64,000 nucleotides of DNA from Podarcis erhardii (Eukaryota). Positions 8,157-20,482 of the stretch are shown here, in pieces (the stretch's first letter is position 1; each line of letters opens with the position of its first letter). The notes below the pieces were generated by a model, which did not search any database, was not told the DNA's origin, and saw nothing but the letters and a program-made list of their open reading frames with translations. The translations under genes and the position numbers were made by a program. Location: the NCBI GenBank assembly GCA_964252035.1, contig OZ176215.1. The stretch is one strand, 5' to 3'.

Positions 8157-9274
8157 CGCGCTGCCAGCTGCCGCCCCAAGCCTTGCGCTCTCGCCCGCCT
8201 CCCTCCCACGGCACACCAGGCAACGTCTCGCGGCACACTAGTGTGCCGCGGAACACCGGTTGGGAAACACTGATTTAAGGTATCTAACTGTTGGAGATGC
8301 AATAGAGATAATGCTTCTCTAAAACATGTTTTTTCATTGTCCTATATTGAAAGATTTTTTGGCAGACGGTAACTGAAACCATCAACAGAACTGTACGGAA
8401 CAACCTTACATTTACAGAGCAAAATATCTTCTTGATTTATATACCCAGCACCTGGAACCTTACAAAAGGACAATATGAGTGGACTCTCCGTGCCACAGCA
8501 AAAAGACTGGTACTGATGAACTGGAAAAATAAAAATGTGGCTCCCTTCTATGATTGGATTGAAGACTTATACAAACTTGCAACATATGAACAACTTGCAT
8601 ATAAACGCAGACTTGCCATGGACAAATTCAATGATATTTGGAATCCATTCTTACAAATACTATAATAGGTTATGATCTGGTGAAGTACAATGATAACCTT
8701 GTAAAATATACAGTTTGGGTCCCCCCTCCCCCCTTCATTTCCCCTTCTACGCGGGTTCTATTTTTCTTTTTTGTTTTCTCTTATTTACGTCTCATCATGT
8801 TTAGTGCACATATAATTATGTACTTTTAAAACTTTCAATAAAGATGTTTTTAAAAATTCAAGACAGAAGGCATGAACACAGTTTCATTGCATTTAATAAT
8901 AAATAGAAAGAGAGAAAGAAGCCCTTTCCCCCTGTTACCGACAGGTATGTTATCACCGCACTTGAAACCTATTGTAAATACTATCATTTTGTTCTTTGGA
9001 TAAAAGAAAACAGCAACACCATCCTTATTCTTTATTTTTTAACTTTTCTCCAGATGGAACACTAGTTCCTGCCTCTGTACAGCAGGATTTAACATTCCTT
9101 TATTTAAATCCATGGCACTCCCAATTCAGTTAGAGTTCCCACAAACACAAAATCCAAAGTCACCCCTTTCTATTTCTTAACCTGATAGCTTCTGTTGATG
9201 TTAACCTTTCATTCATTCTGTTAAACCTTGGCTTTGTGGCAGTTTGATAACTAAATACAACTAAACTACACATA

Positions 9275-9840
9275 ACAAGAACCTTGCTGGATGAGTCTGC
9301 AGGCCCATCCAGTCCAGCGTTCAGTGCTCACAGTGGCCAACCAGATGACCTCTGGGAAGCCCACAAGCCTTCTGCCACTCCTCATCTCAGAAGAACAGCA
9401 CCTCGGATTCTGGAGGCAGTACATAACCACCATGACTTCTAGCCATTGATGGTCTTATCCACCTCTCCCAACTTTCAGCTGCACTGGATGACCCTGAACT
9501 CTAGTATTACAAGAGAAATCCATTTTCTGCACACTATGCAGAATTTTAACACCCCCTCCTTTACTCAGTTTTTCTAAACTAAAAATCTCCAAACACTGTC
9601 ACCTTTCCTCAGTTGCTCCTGTACTATTATAATTTTGGTTACCCTTTCCTGCACCTTTTCCAGCTGTACAAAATAAATTTCCAAGTTGCAGCAACCTGAA
9701 CTGTACACAGTATTCCAAGTGTGGTCTTGCCTACAGGTTTGCAGAAAGGCATTATAATAACTGGAGTTTTGCTACTGGCCCCAACATGGATTTTGCCTTA
9801 GCTGCTTCACGCCGTGTAGACAACTTCATTGAGCTCACCA
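9275..9840 (-). mobile_element. Old CR1-clade LINE fragments
   Basis: Antisense CR1-type strings (gaactgtacacagtattccaagtgtgg; ggcccatccagtccagc...cagtggccaaccagatg). Boundaries approximate. Confidence 0.6.
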
Positions 9841-11399
9841 CCTGAAACAAATCTGTTCTCGGCATCAATGCAGTTCATACACACTAGGGCATTGCTTGGA
9901 ACTTGACCAGGCTATCAGATTTCTTTTGAGAATGCTATATATTATTCACCCAATACCCTGATTCAGAGGGTCAATTCACATCCTTTCCCCCAGGTGTAAT
10001 TTAATGTGCCAGACATGCACTGTACCAGGACAGTCACTAGAGAACCAGGATTGGCTGTGGCTCCCTCCCAAGTAAACACCTGAGTGAGTCACAAACCCAG
10101 GTTGGCTATCAAGTGTGGAACAGCCGCCTGTGCCATTTCAAGGAGCTGCTGTGCCCTTGTGTTTCTTTCCCACAACCCTACTGGATCACCTTAAAGGGAC
10201 AGACTGGTTTGCAAGTCCTTCCTTAACAGGAGTCTTGTTGCGTTTCAATGGAGATGATGGGCAACACAGATCCATAGAAAAACTGCCTTCTAACAAGATC
10301 AAACTAATTGAACGCCTAGCTCAGTCTTGTCTACTCTTTGATCAGCAGCAGCTCACCAGGGTTTTGGGCAGACTCTGATCTGCTCATTTGAACTGGAGAT
10401 ACCAGGGACTGAACTGGTGACGTGCAAACCATTGACATCGGCCATGGGGAAAGGAGACACAGAGAAGCCAAGGAGGGACGTGGCACAGATCAGGGAGGGC
10501 TGGGATTTGGCTTTTGTTCTTTTGGCAGAAAGTATGGAGCTAGAAGATCTAGTAGGTTTAAAAGGAGCATGGGGAATGATTCTGTAAGCATCTAAGGAAA
10601 GCGTACACTGAATGTACCCTTGCTTATATATTCTGTCAGCAGACAATAGGTTAATGTAAAAATGAAAGAGTGTGTGTGTGTGTGAGGGAGAGAGAGAGAG
10701 GGGGGGGGGAGAGAGAGAGAGACACCCACCCAGCAACCATGGAAAGAATTAAAAACATGCAAGGTGAAATCAAAGCCAGATCAGGCTGACAGCCTCCTCC
10801 TCCTCCTCCTGTCCTGGGGTGCTGGAAGCATTTTTGCAACTTGCAGCTGGAAAGATGACAGGCTCTTTACATTTTCCTTCTCATTTGGCTATGGCACCTC
10901 AGCTTTTAAATACTTCCCTTGCCAGCCCCTCCTGTTTTGGACTGAACAAAGCAAAAAGAGCTTATTTGAGACTGAAAGGAACTGTGCCCATTTCCCAAAC
11001 CTGCTCTTATCTGAACCAGTTTAAAACAAAGCCTGCAGTGTGACCTGGACCTGCCCGATGAGAACAGTTTGGGTTCTGCAGTCATACAAACACATCGTTT
11101 ATCGTGGCCACAGCTGCAACAGGCCCAGAATAGGTTGTACACCAATGCTTGCTTTATTTATTGTTCATTTGACTTATTTATAGACTACCCTTCACTCTAC
11201 GGCCTCACAGCACAAACAAATCACAAGGTCATCAAATGATCAACCAACACTATAAAATATTACAATAATAGAACAGGCACGCCTGAAGGATATAAGAGCA
11301 GGTGGTGAAATTTTCCAAGTGGTTCCAAATGTCAATCCCTCCTGAAGACCTGGGGAAATAGCTGCTTCTTTTGATGCCAATGAAAAATTAACAGTATCT

Positions 11400-12260
11400 G
11401 TGCTCAATGCACCTCAGAGAGAAGGCTTGCTCACATGCTGACACCCCTCTACCTAGATTTCTCCTGGCAGCGGGATCACTGATCGTAAATCAGAGACAGT
11501 TCATATGGAAGGAGCCACTACTTTGAGATATTGTGTCACAAGTTATGTAGTGCAACACAGGCATCTATGGGCTTGGAATCAAATTGGTAACCACTACCAT
11601 TACATGGATTTGACCCAGACGTGTCCATCGGCACTCTGGTTGCTGCATTCTGCACTAGTTGCAGCTTCCAGGGCAGCCCCCCATGGAGTGCACTGATGTA
11701 ATCCAAGCTGAAGGTTACCAGAACCGTGGCCAGGACTTCCCAAGCCAATGGTCACAGCTAGCAAACTGGCTGCTGCTGGGATTAGGCACACCTAGGCACT
11801 GAAGTCAACTTGGCTTCAACTGGCAAAGCTAGATTGAACTGCACCCCCAAACTACTCTTGCCTGCTCTTTCAGATGGAAAGCAACTCCATCAAGGGCAGG
11901 CTAAATTCCAAATCCACAGTACCGCCATCTTGTCTGGGTTCAGCTTCAATTTATTAACTGGCCTCCTGGTAATGGACCAACCACACCGGATTCAGGTGTA
12001 ACAGAGAAAGAGTTGGGTGTTATCTGTATATTGATGATGCCTTGTTCCAAATCACCTCATGACATCTCATAGTGGCCTTGTATGGCAAGATTAATCTTTG
12101 AGGGACCCCAGTGAATAGGGGTCAAGTAGAAATCTCCCACTGCTACTCTGTCTAAATAATCATGGAGGTGGGAGTGGAACCACTGCAGTTGCTCCAGATG
12201 GATGCCATGGTTGATGGTGTCAAAAGCTGTCAAGAGACTGAGAAGAAACAAGAAGGTTGT
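11400..12260 (-). mobile_element. Decayed L2/CR1-clade LINE fragments
   Basis: Minus-strand peptides LDYISALHGGLPWKLQLVQNAATR and LLSLLTAFDTINHG. Boundaries approximate. Confidence 0.6.
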
Positions 12261-12438
12261 ACCCCTCCCTTCCTCTCCCTTTCCCAACAAGAGTCACCCA
12301 TCAGGGCAAAGTTGCTTTAGTAGCATCATGAACAAGATGAACAGGACACCACAGAGTGGCTGGTCTGAAGCAGGATTGTCCAGCGGCCTGGCACAGACTC
12401 AGCACTAGTTTCCACAGTATTTCCTGCACCACAACTTA

Positions 12439-12754
12439 GGGCTTATCCACACTTGCCTTTCCTCCATGCTTTCCAGGCATGACCCGTGCTTTAAAGCTCC
12501 ATGTCCAAACATCTTTTTTTTTTTTTTGCTCCAGTGTTCCCTGCAAAAACCTGTTCTTTAAAGTTGAACTGGAGCAAATAGCAATCTGTGGTAAACCTGG
12601 ACTGGTGTTCTGATGTTTGCTCTGACTGAGCGCTAAAGAGTGGGTTTTTGTGGGGAAAACTCTGGGACAAACAACAACAATGCTCAGTTGTGAGCTTTTA
12701 AGCCCATACCTGTGCCTGGAAAGAGCAGGGCAAAAGGAAAGTGTGGATAAGCCC
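12439..12754. mobile_element. PIF/Harbinger-type MITE
   Basis: 16-bp perfect TIR gggcttatccacactt/aagtgtggataagccc; 3-bp TSD TTA on both sides; partial sister copy starts at 33284 after TTA. Confidence 0.8.
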
Positions 12755-14423
12755 TTAGTGTGAAAGAACCAAGACAACCCCAAGGCATGGTGGGCGGCTG
12801 CACAGACTGGTATTGTTTCCTGCTCTAGACTCATTGAAAAAAGTTGGATGCTGTTGGTGGAAACCACCAATGCATTTTAAATAGGGCGGGGGCACACCTG
12901 ATAAATTCCATCTTGTGTGTATGATTTTTAGAAAACCCACCCAGTACACCTGAAGTTCCAGCAACACAAATATTTCTGAGTACCCTCCTGTACCCTGCAA
13001 ACTCATTTAGCATCAGAATATGATTAACCTACACCTGAATACTGCCTTTGTTTTGTACCCACATGCCATTTATGCGGTGTGAAATAATGATGAAGGCTTT
13101 TTGAGGTATGGCGTTTAAATATCCATGCCACTAATCTGCTTTGCATAAGCCAGCGATGGGGAACCCGTGGCCCTCCTGAAGTTGCTGGACTGCAGCCCTC
13201 AGCACCCCTGACCACTGGCCAGGCTGGTTGGGACTGTTGTGAGTCCAACAACATCAGGAGGATAAATGGTTCCTCATTCCTAGCATAAGCAGCACATCAA
13301 TACATCTTTAGAAATAGTAATTATTTCCAGAGAAAGACTTCATATTTGCTTTCAAAGTCACCCCCAAATTCTACAGTCTTGCTAAATTACACCCCTGGCC
13401 CGGAATTTAAAACAAGTTTAAAACTGGGAATCCTCCAAACCTCTTGGCAACAATCTGCCCTGGAATCTTGCTTGCAGAGGGCTGGCCATATGTGTACATT
13501 ACATAAAGGCCAGCCAAGAGAATCTTCTGTTCTTAGAAATGAACAAGATACTTCATTTAACAAATATGTTGATTCTCTTAAGGCAAGGGGGGTGTCACAA
13601 ACTAATAGGCATAAAGACTGTATTCATAGGGAGAATAACCATGCTCATCTTTTTCAAATGCATTGGTCAAGTCTGGAAGAAAAAAATAGGCTGACATAAT
13701 GAAGTCTCCCTCTTTCTGCAGAAGTGGATCATGCAACTCTGGGAGTAGAAGCAGGCTCTTCTAATATGACTGACAGCTTCCTCAAAAGCAGGTGGAATCT
13801 GCAGTGACCACCCGCTGGCCAAACACGGCTAAAAAGCAGCAGCAAAAGGGGCAACTTTCCTCTTGAAAGTTATCATGGTGGTATGGACAGTAACATAATG
13901 GGTCCCGCCCAGAGCTACTGCTGATTTGCATGTGCTAATTAAATATGTATACATGCAAACTTGGGCTTTAATGCCTGGACCTAAATGCCACAGAAGGCTG
14001 TATGCTAACTAATTCCTCGTTCAAATCACCCCAGATAAGCTATTCAATTAATCTGCACTGCACCACAGATCAACCAAAACCAGTTCCTTTTTCATTCATT
14101 TACCCCAATTAATGTCCCAAACAACCCTGCTCCAGATAAATTGAATTTCCTTCAATTACCCCTATTTGTTACCCCCTAAGCCATAATTAGTTAATTTATT
14201 TCCCCAAATATCCTACCCTGTAAACCTAATTACCTCTGGTTCAATTCCCCTTGAATTCAATATTAACCAAGAAACATTCAGGGCTCTTAAAAGAATGTCT
14301 GGGGCCTGTGCCCCATAAGCTCATCCCTGGACATGTCCCTGGTCCCGGTGCCTCACAACCTGCCTGAAAAGTACAACCTGAAGAAGCCCCCTAATCCACA
14401 ACCAGCGAAACAGGACCACTGAC

Positions 14424-14808
14424 CTTCATGCTGCCTGGCGCTTGGCTCCCTCGTGGAGACTGGGGACCCTCGGTGCAAGTGACTGCTGAAAGCCGTCCCA
14501 TGGGCTGCCTGGTGGTCCTCATAGGCAAGAGGGCTGTGGCGAGGTTTCCCTGCTTCAGGCACGATCACAGGGGCTCCTCTGGTGATGGAGCCGCCAGAGT
14601 TTGTCACTGGGCTGGGCCTGCTTTTCAAACTCTCCTCGTAAGCACTTTTTAAACTCTCCCCGTAAGCTCTTTCCAGAGTCCTTGGGTCCTGCATGACATC
14701 CAGGGAATGCAGGGGATGAAAAGTCCTCCCCGGGCTTCCAATAATGGAACGGACATCATGCTTTTTGGCACTTGCCGAAGCGTTGCTGTCATATTTCAGC
14801 GGGGTTCC
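14424..14808 (-). CDS. NCOR2: NCOR2 coding exon M (385 nt; GTPLKYD...KKHDVRSIIGSPGR...REPSARQHE)
   Basis: Acceptor ccccccag|GGA; donor GAA G|gtcagt; 128 codons+1 nt. Confidence 0.96.
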
Positions 14809-15551
14809 CTGGGGGGACAAGGTGGGAGACAAGAGAGAAAGGTCAGCAAGCTGGCAGGAAAAGGACAGCAGCACGGAAGGTCACAAATGGCTTTCTGAGG
14901 CTGCCGCTGGCATTCTAGGCTTCGTTTCGACAGATGAAGGGGGGGGCACACTGATTCGTTTATTTTGTCAGTTAATTCCCATTTGCAGTATGCCAAGTCT
15001 GTATGAAAATTGAGGCCACCGGGTTATAGCAGAGGAGGGATGGGATGGGATGCAGGGCTGCCATTTGCTCTGCTGAGAAGTCAGGCTTCCCTCTCCACCA
15101 ACTGCTGTCCCCTGGCAGCCACCATTCCACCAGGCCTTGGCAATGGAGGTCAGAGAACGGATGTCGGGTCAGCTGCCCTGGCAACAGTGCAGAGACCAGA
15201 AGCTTCTGGTGCCTCCTCTCCGTAAACTTTTCCACCCCAATTGGTCATCAGAAGAACTTGTACCTAAGTTTGTTTATCTCCTACTCCTTCAATAATGCAT
15301 TTTCTTTTTGTGTCATGTTGTAAGCTTGAGGGCAGGGATTATCTTTTTTTAGCAATCTGGGAGCCCATTTTGGCTAAAGAGCATAATAAAATTTATTTAA
15401 ATAAATAAATAGCATCAGCTTCCTTTGGATGCTCTTTCCCATCTGTTTTCAAATTTTCCACTTTCTGGGAACACTTTCCCGCACTAACGTCATTGCTATG
15501 GATACCCTATTACCTGTCACGTTGCAGAGGATTCTGGTACATCTTCCAGTC

Positions 15552-15688
15552 CAGCCTTTCTCAACCTTGGGTCCCTAGATGTTTTGGGGACTACAACTCC
15601 CATCAATTCTAGCCAGCATGGCCAGTGATCAGGGATGATAGAAACTGTAGTTCAAGAACATCTGGGGACCCAAGGTTGAGAAAGGTAG
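15552..15688. mobile_element. Short palindromic hAT-type MITE (cagcctttctcaaccttgggtcc family)
   Basis: Long inverted arms; sister copy 40411-40545, related pieces near 13150, 37200, 39720-39790, 40150. Confidence 0.7.
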
Positions 15689-15939
15689 TTCTATACAGTA
15701 AGTTCATTGCACCAAACCGTTGGCTACAGAAACCAAACCACAAGAACATGTCACACCAAACAATGGTTAAGGAAGTTCAACCCTCTATTCGCTTCTCCTA
15801 AGGTTTTTGCTTGTTTGTTTGTTTGTTTGTTTTTTAAGACCGAAAGGCTTAAAAAGGCTTATTGAGGGCCAGGACTATCCCACTACTGGCTTTTGTTAGT
15901 GAGTCTATGAGCCTTTCTGGCTAAAGGTATAAATACCTG

Positions 15940-16079
15940 CAGTGCTTTTTTAGTAAAAAAATGTTTAGGGGTACTCTCATTTTCCTACTTATATTGAAAT
16001 ACTGCCCCTGAATGAGGCCAAACTTAGATTCACAAAATGTTTAGGGGTACCGCTGCATCCCCCCAGAAAAAAAGCACTG
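15940..16079. mobile_element. 140-bp MITE with cagtgctttttt TIRs (hAT-like)
   Basis: TIR cagtgctttttt/aaaaaagcactg; flanks aatacctg/catacccg (6/8) fit a decayed 8-bp TSD. Confidence 0.65.
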
Positions 16080-17209
16080 CATACCCGCAATAAACAAACT
16101 CTGCTTTGACTTGATGTTTGAAATGACAAACCAAGATGCATAAATTAACACACTGTTATCACAGCAACTGGAATGCCCTGGTTTTCCCGTACATTTGGAA
16201 GCTCAAACCATGTCTTGGGTTCTAAACTATGGTGAGCACAAACCATGGTTTGGTGGGATATCTGTATTGAGCATCCACTTATGCAGATGAAAGACCAAGC
16301 ACATTGGGCCCCATGATCATGTCATATGAATTGAGAATGGACCTAAAAACACATTCAACGTTTCTCCTACAGCTCCACATTGCAAGGAAAGATCAGAAGC
16401 GATGGTCAAACTGGCTTTGAAGGAAAGATGTCCAGTGAGGAATCCATGACTAGGAACACTGAAATCACCACTCTACCTCACAACTGGTGGTCACTTACCA
16501 CCTGAATGATTTGTACCAACCAGTAGGTTTGTTCACCATTAGCTACCAATAAAGTAAGCAGAAACCTTAGTATTAAGAAGAGAAGGACATATATTTCATT
16601 CTTCCTCTAGGGCAGGACATAATGTGTGATTGGCAGGGAGTGGCGAGAGGGACTGCTAGGCAAAACCATAGATCTGCTGGCCTAGGAGCAAAGGGTCTCC
16701 TGTGTCATTAAATGAGACACCTCTCCCAAGGGGAAACAATCAGCTCTGTATAACAACAGGTGGTACCATTTGAGGCAGGATGCTTAATTCACACATCCCA
16801 AAAATATGGCATGAGGTAAAGTGGTTAGTCACTCTCAAGGAATATCGACATACCCACCTCATCTCTCCATGGGAACAAAGCAGATTTGTAAACAGCCCTC
16901 ACTGAGGCCCGGCATAGCTGCTATGGAAACCATCCAAATATTTTATCAGCCCACGCAGGAGACACGAGCCAAAAGCTGACTCATCATTAAATGAATCTGG
17001 ATCTGCTTGGGTATTTTGCTTGAAACTTGTAGCAGAGGCTCAACTAGGAGAACTAAAGAGCAAGACCTGGGTTCAAATCACTCTATGGCCATGCTCTTAC
17101 TTTGTAGCCTTGGAACAACTCCATGACCCAATTTTAGGTGCAGTGCTGAGATAAATCAGTGGCTTCCTATCCTGGCTTGTTTTAACTAACTGGCACCCTC
17201 TGTTTGGAA

Positions 17210-17221
17210 GTAGTAGTAGTA

Positions 17222-17269
<48 letters not shown>

Positions 17270-17340
17270 TATTTATACCCTGCCCATCTGGCTGAGTTTC
17301 CCCAGCCACTCTGGGCGGCTTCCAATCAAGTGTTAAAAAC
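17210..17340 (-). mobile_element. L2-like LINE 3' tail with (TAG)n(TAA)n microsatellite
   Basis: ttatttataccctgcccatctggctgagtttccccagccactctgggcggcttcc mirrors the tail at about 24110-24190; triplet repeat 17210-17268. Confidence 0.7.
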
Positions 17341-18015
17341 AATACAGCATGACCAAGCAATGACGAATGGTGGTTATTTCAAAGCAGATGTCAAGACCCC
17401 GGAGTTCACCACTGACTAGAACCCCAAGTCAGAAGCTATAGTGCTACTGACTGCAGATCCCACAGCACCAGGGCCCCTGAAACTGGACCCCCATGGGCAC
17501 TTCCCACTAGGCCTGAGCAAACTAGTGCCTCCCACACCACCTTGTCAGTCCAATGCTATAGGCTGAAGGTCATAAGAGTGCAGGATAAGTGCCCAACCTC
17601 AGGTCAGAGTGTTAATGTATTTATTATTTAAAGTATTTATATCCACCCAAAAGTCCTAGGATGGAAATATTTGCAGTCCAAACAAAAAATTACAGCTTGA
17701 CCCTAAGCAAGATTCTAGTTCTCCCAGAAGGAGTGTGCAGCATAGGAGAGATGGGACAGAGGCAGAGGCCCAGAAGGCCTTAGTTCACCACCAACCCTCA
17801 CGAGGAGTTCTCCATAGCGCTGAGACAACCAGCCTGGTTTGCTGCCTTGCCTCCTGGGCTCGTTTGCAGGACCAGAACATCAGGAAGTGGACAATTCCAA
17901 TCTCTGCCTCTAGTTACAAATAGCAGGAGCTCCTAAGCAACTGAGCAGAGAAGGACACTTGTGTCTTAGCATCCTCCCTGCCCCAGTGCCTCTCTGTTGC
18001 GGACCGTGTGGATAC

Positions 18016-18296
18016 CTGGGTAATAGAGCCCTCCTTCACAGGCCTCGTCATCAGAGAGATGTCAGGCGTGCGCCTCAGCTCCTCCCTGGGAATCTCATGG
18101 ATTGACCTTCCTGCTTCCTTCACAGTGGCAACAAGGCCTTCATGAACTGCTTTCATTTTCAACGGGGTAAAGCTCTCATGAGGCCTGACCTTGTAGGCCT
18201 CGGATAAGTCCCTCGGAGGTGTGCTTTCCCTCTTGAGCTGCTTAGCTTCTCTTCTGAGGTAGTCCTCGGAGGCTTCCACGTAAGATCGAGGTATTC
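18016..18296 (-). CDS. NCOR2: NCOR2 coding exon L (281 nt; GIPRSYVEASEDYLRREAK...LVATVKEAGRSIHEIPR...KEGSITQ)
   Basis: Acceptor gttcccccag|GA ATA; donor ACC CAG|gtatcc. Confidence 0.97.
18085..18135 (-). other. NCOR2: BCL6-binding domain (BBD) peptide LVATVKEAGRSIHEIPR within exon L
   Basis: 17-residue peptide read from the sequence; identical to the SMRT BBD peptide that binds the BCL6 BTB domain, as recalled. Confidence 0.9.
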
Positions 18297-19115
18297 CTGG
18301 GGGAACATAACAAAAGACAGAATCCATCAGTGGACTTCCTACAGAAAAGTAACTTCTGCACTTCTCTCTTTTATCCTCCAGATGAAGCACATCACACAAT
18401 TTTCAACTCAACTAATTCAGTTCATTTGCAAAAAGGGCCGTATTTGAAGACCAGAGGCCAAAGCGCAGCCCTGTGGGCAACAAACGAAATGGAACACTAA
18501 ACATGCCATGAAAATTTCCAGGCCTAATTTGATAACATAGCCCAAAGACCTGCATCATTACATAGTCTTTTCTAGCTCACAGAACTGACTTGAATCACTC
18601 TGCAGGTCAGACTGTGGTGAGGCTGTCATGAGATTGACTCCACCCCAATGCCAAATTTATGCACAGCCCTTTAAAGTGTCTTCACATGACTGGGACCGAG
18701 AACAAAGTCCTCTTCCCCTTACTCTCACTAGTTGACATTGTATTTATAGCCTCCTGAGCCTGAAAGCCCCATATTGGCTGACTGCTTTATTATGGGAGGA
18801 AGGGGATTCGGGAAACATGCAGGGTGAGTGCAACTCATACCAGCTGAACTCCCCCTTTGTGTCTCCTGAATCCCTTTCCTCCCAGAACTTCCCACAAACT
18901 CCCAACAAGTCCCTCATCCTCCTGAAGAGATGATTCAGCTGTCATAGGCAGAAGGCTGGATTTGGCTGACAGACAACCTATACTGCCGGACCCAAAACAG
19001 TTGCCAGAAAAGTAAACAACTACTGAATTAGGATTAGAAAAGAGATTATCAGCATGACAGGCTGACAAGTTCTGCACCCAGGTTAGATTTCCACGCTCCC
19101 TTTGCTACACATTAC

Positions 19116-19202
19116 CTTGCGTGATAGAGCCCCGGATGTGATGCGGTTCTTTCAAATTGAGGGGACTGTGGCGGTCGGGTGGGATGGCTCGTCCCATTAG
19201 AC
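19116..19202 (-). CDS. NCOR2: NCOR2 coding exon K (87 nt; GLMGRAIPPDRHSPLNLKEPHHIRGSITQ)
   Basis: Translated by hand. Acceptor aactctag|GT CTA; donor CAA G|gtaatg; phase 1-1. Confidence 0.96.
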
Positions 19203-20312
19203 CTAGAGTTGCCCCCCACAAAAGAAGAAACATATTAAGACATTTCAAAATGTGCACTTTTTATGCTCCTCTGTTCCCTCTGAGAACTTCTAGAGTTTCT
19301 ATAACCAAAAAGCCAGACAGCAGAACTGGAATGAAGGGTCTTCCCTTTATACCTCGTTTCCACTGTGTTTCCTTTTCATTTTAATTGGACTGTAATTTGG
19401 AAACTAGCCCAGCTGTCTCCAAACTGGTGCCCTCTTGGTCCTGCTGGCAGGGGCAGATGAAAGTCACATTCCAAAGAATCTAGAAAGCACCTGGCTGGCA
19501 AACGTGGAGTTGCAGCTTGTTCCTTTATTACTTTCTGTCTCCTGCCCCCACCCAACCCACTCATTATTAAGCACATGAAAGCACCACAAGCAAATTATGA
19601 AGACCTGCACACAGGCACCTTGCTTCTAATTATGAAGAAATGTGGGGGTCCCCTTCACAAAGGTCCCCAGCAGCACAGAGGCCTCGTTCTCGAGGTGCAA
19701 GGGAACACGTGTAAATAACTTAGCCATAAGCGCAGGGCCAAAAGTGGGTCCAGTGGTCAAGAAGGCAGTTTCTGCATGTGCTACAGAGGGAAGTGAGGGG
19801 GAGATGGGACTTGTCCCCCTGGGAAGGGAGCCCATCTAGGAGAAGGAAAACTCTGATCCTAAACCTTTGCTGCCTTGTGGGCTATCTTCAGGAGAGGAAA
19901 AGGCTAATCCTACACAAATCCGGAGGGGAGTCCCTAAGATGGTTGGATGGCGTCTTGTACACCTCTTTCTAGCAACTCCTGCAGCCAAGCTAGCGCCCAA
20001 CTTCTTGCTCTGCTTTCCTTTGGACCACATCAACAAGGCTTGTCATGTGGGCAGCCCAGAACCTCCAGACACACTGCCCAGGCTTGTGCACCAAGGAGGT
20101 CACTTCGGTGCTGCTAGCGCAGCAGTTTGACTTCACCCCTGGAGGCACACTCCATTGTCTCGAGACAGATGGATGCCAACAAGAAGAAGGGCAGGGCACC
20201 TGGTGTCCTTCCACCAGTGGCCTAACTAGGACTGGGAAAGACACATTGCCCATGTAATCACATTATTAACATGCATTTCCTTGCATGCATTCAAGGTTTT
20301 GATGTATTAAAA

Positions 20313-20482
20313 AGGTAAAGGTACTCCTGCCCGTATGGGCCAGTCTTGACAGACTCTAGGGTTGTGAGCCCATCTCACTTAAGAGGCCAGGGGCCAGCGC
20401 TGTCTGGAGACACTTCCGGGTCACGTAGCCAGCGTGACAAAGCTGCATCTGGCGAGCCAGCGCAGCACACGGAAATGCCGTT
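20313..20482 (-). mobile_element. Sauria SINE 3' fragment
   Basis: aaaggtaaaggtac start (reverse of acctttacctt tail), cacttccgggtcacgtagccagcgtgac, gcgcagcacacggaaatgccgtt. Confidence 0.7.

Larger units (their letters stand above)
6270..8272. mobile_element. Non-autonomous hAT-type DNA transposon with expanded chimeric interior
   Basis: Perfect 15-bp TIRs cagtgtttcccaacc (6270-6284)/ggttgggaaacactg (8258-8272); perfect 8-bp TSD atttaagg (6262-6269, 8273-8280). Confidence 0.92.
2960..8856 (+). mobile_element. 5'-truncated, frameshifted L1-clade LINE (ORF2: RT and C-terminal CCHC), antisense to NCOR2, split by four insertions
   Basis: RT motifs NAPGLD, YRPISLINIDTKI, QTGFI, KAFDKI, TRQGCPL, FTDD (3955-3966), INWSKSEL, IKYLGI; later QWQYLQI (5885 ORF), CWRC..H..C at about 8297-8340, stop 8665, AATAAA 8837-8842. 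5' boundary approximate. Confidence 0.9.

Noticed and set aside
6423-8302. Many long ORFs (up to 321 aa) on both strands
   Set aside because: By-products of stop-poor GC-rich tandem arrays inside a transposon; repetitive peptides, no recognisable domain.
17097-17419. Poly-Leu / poly-Ile ORFs (also 32192-32491)
   Set aside because: Translation of triplet microsatellites in LINE tails.
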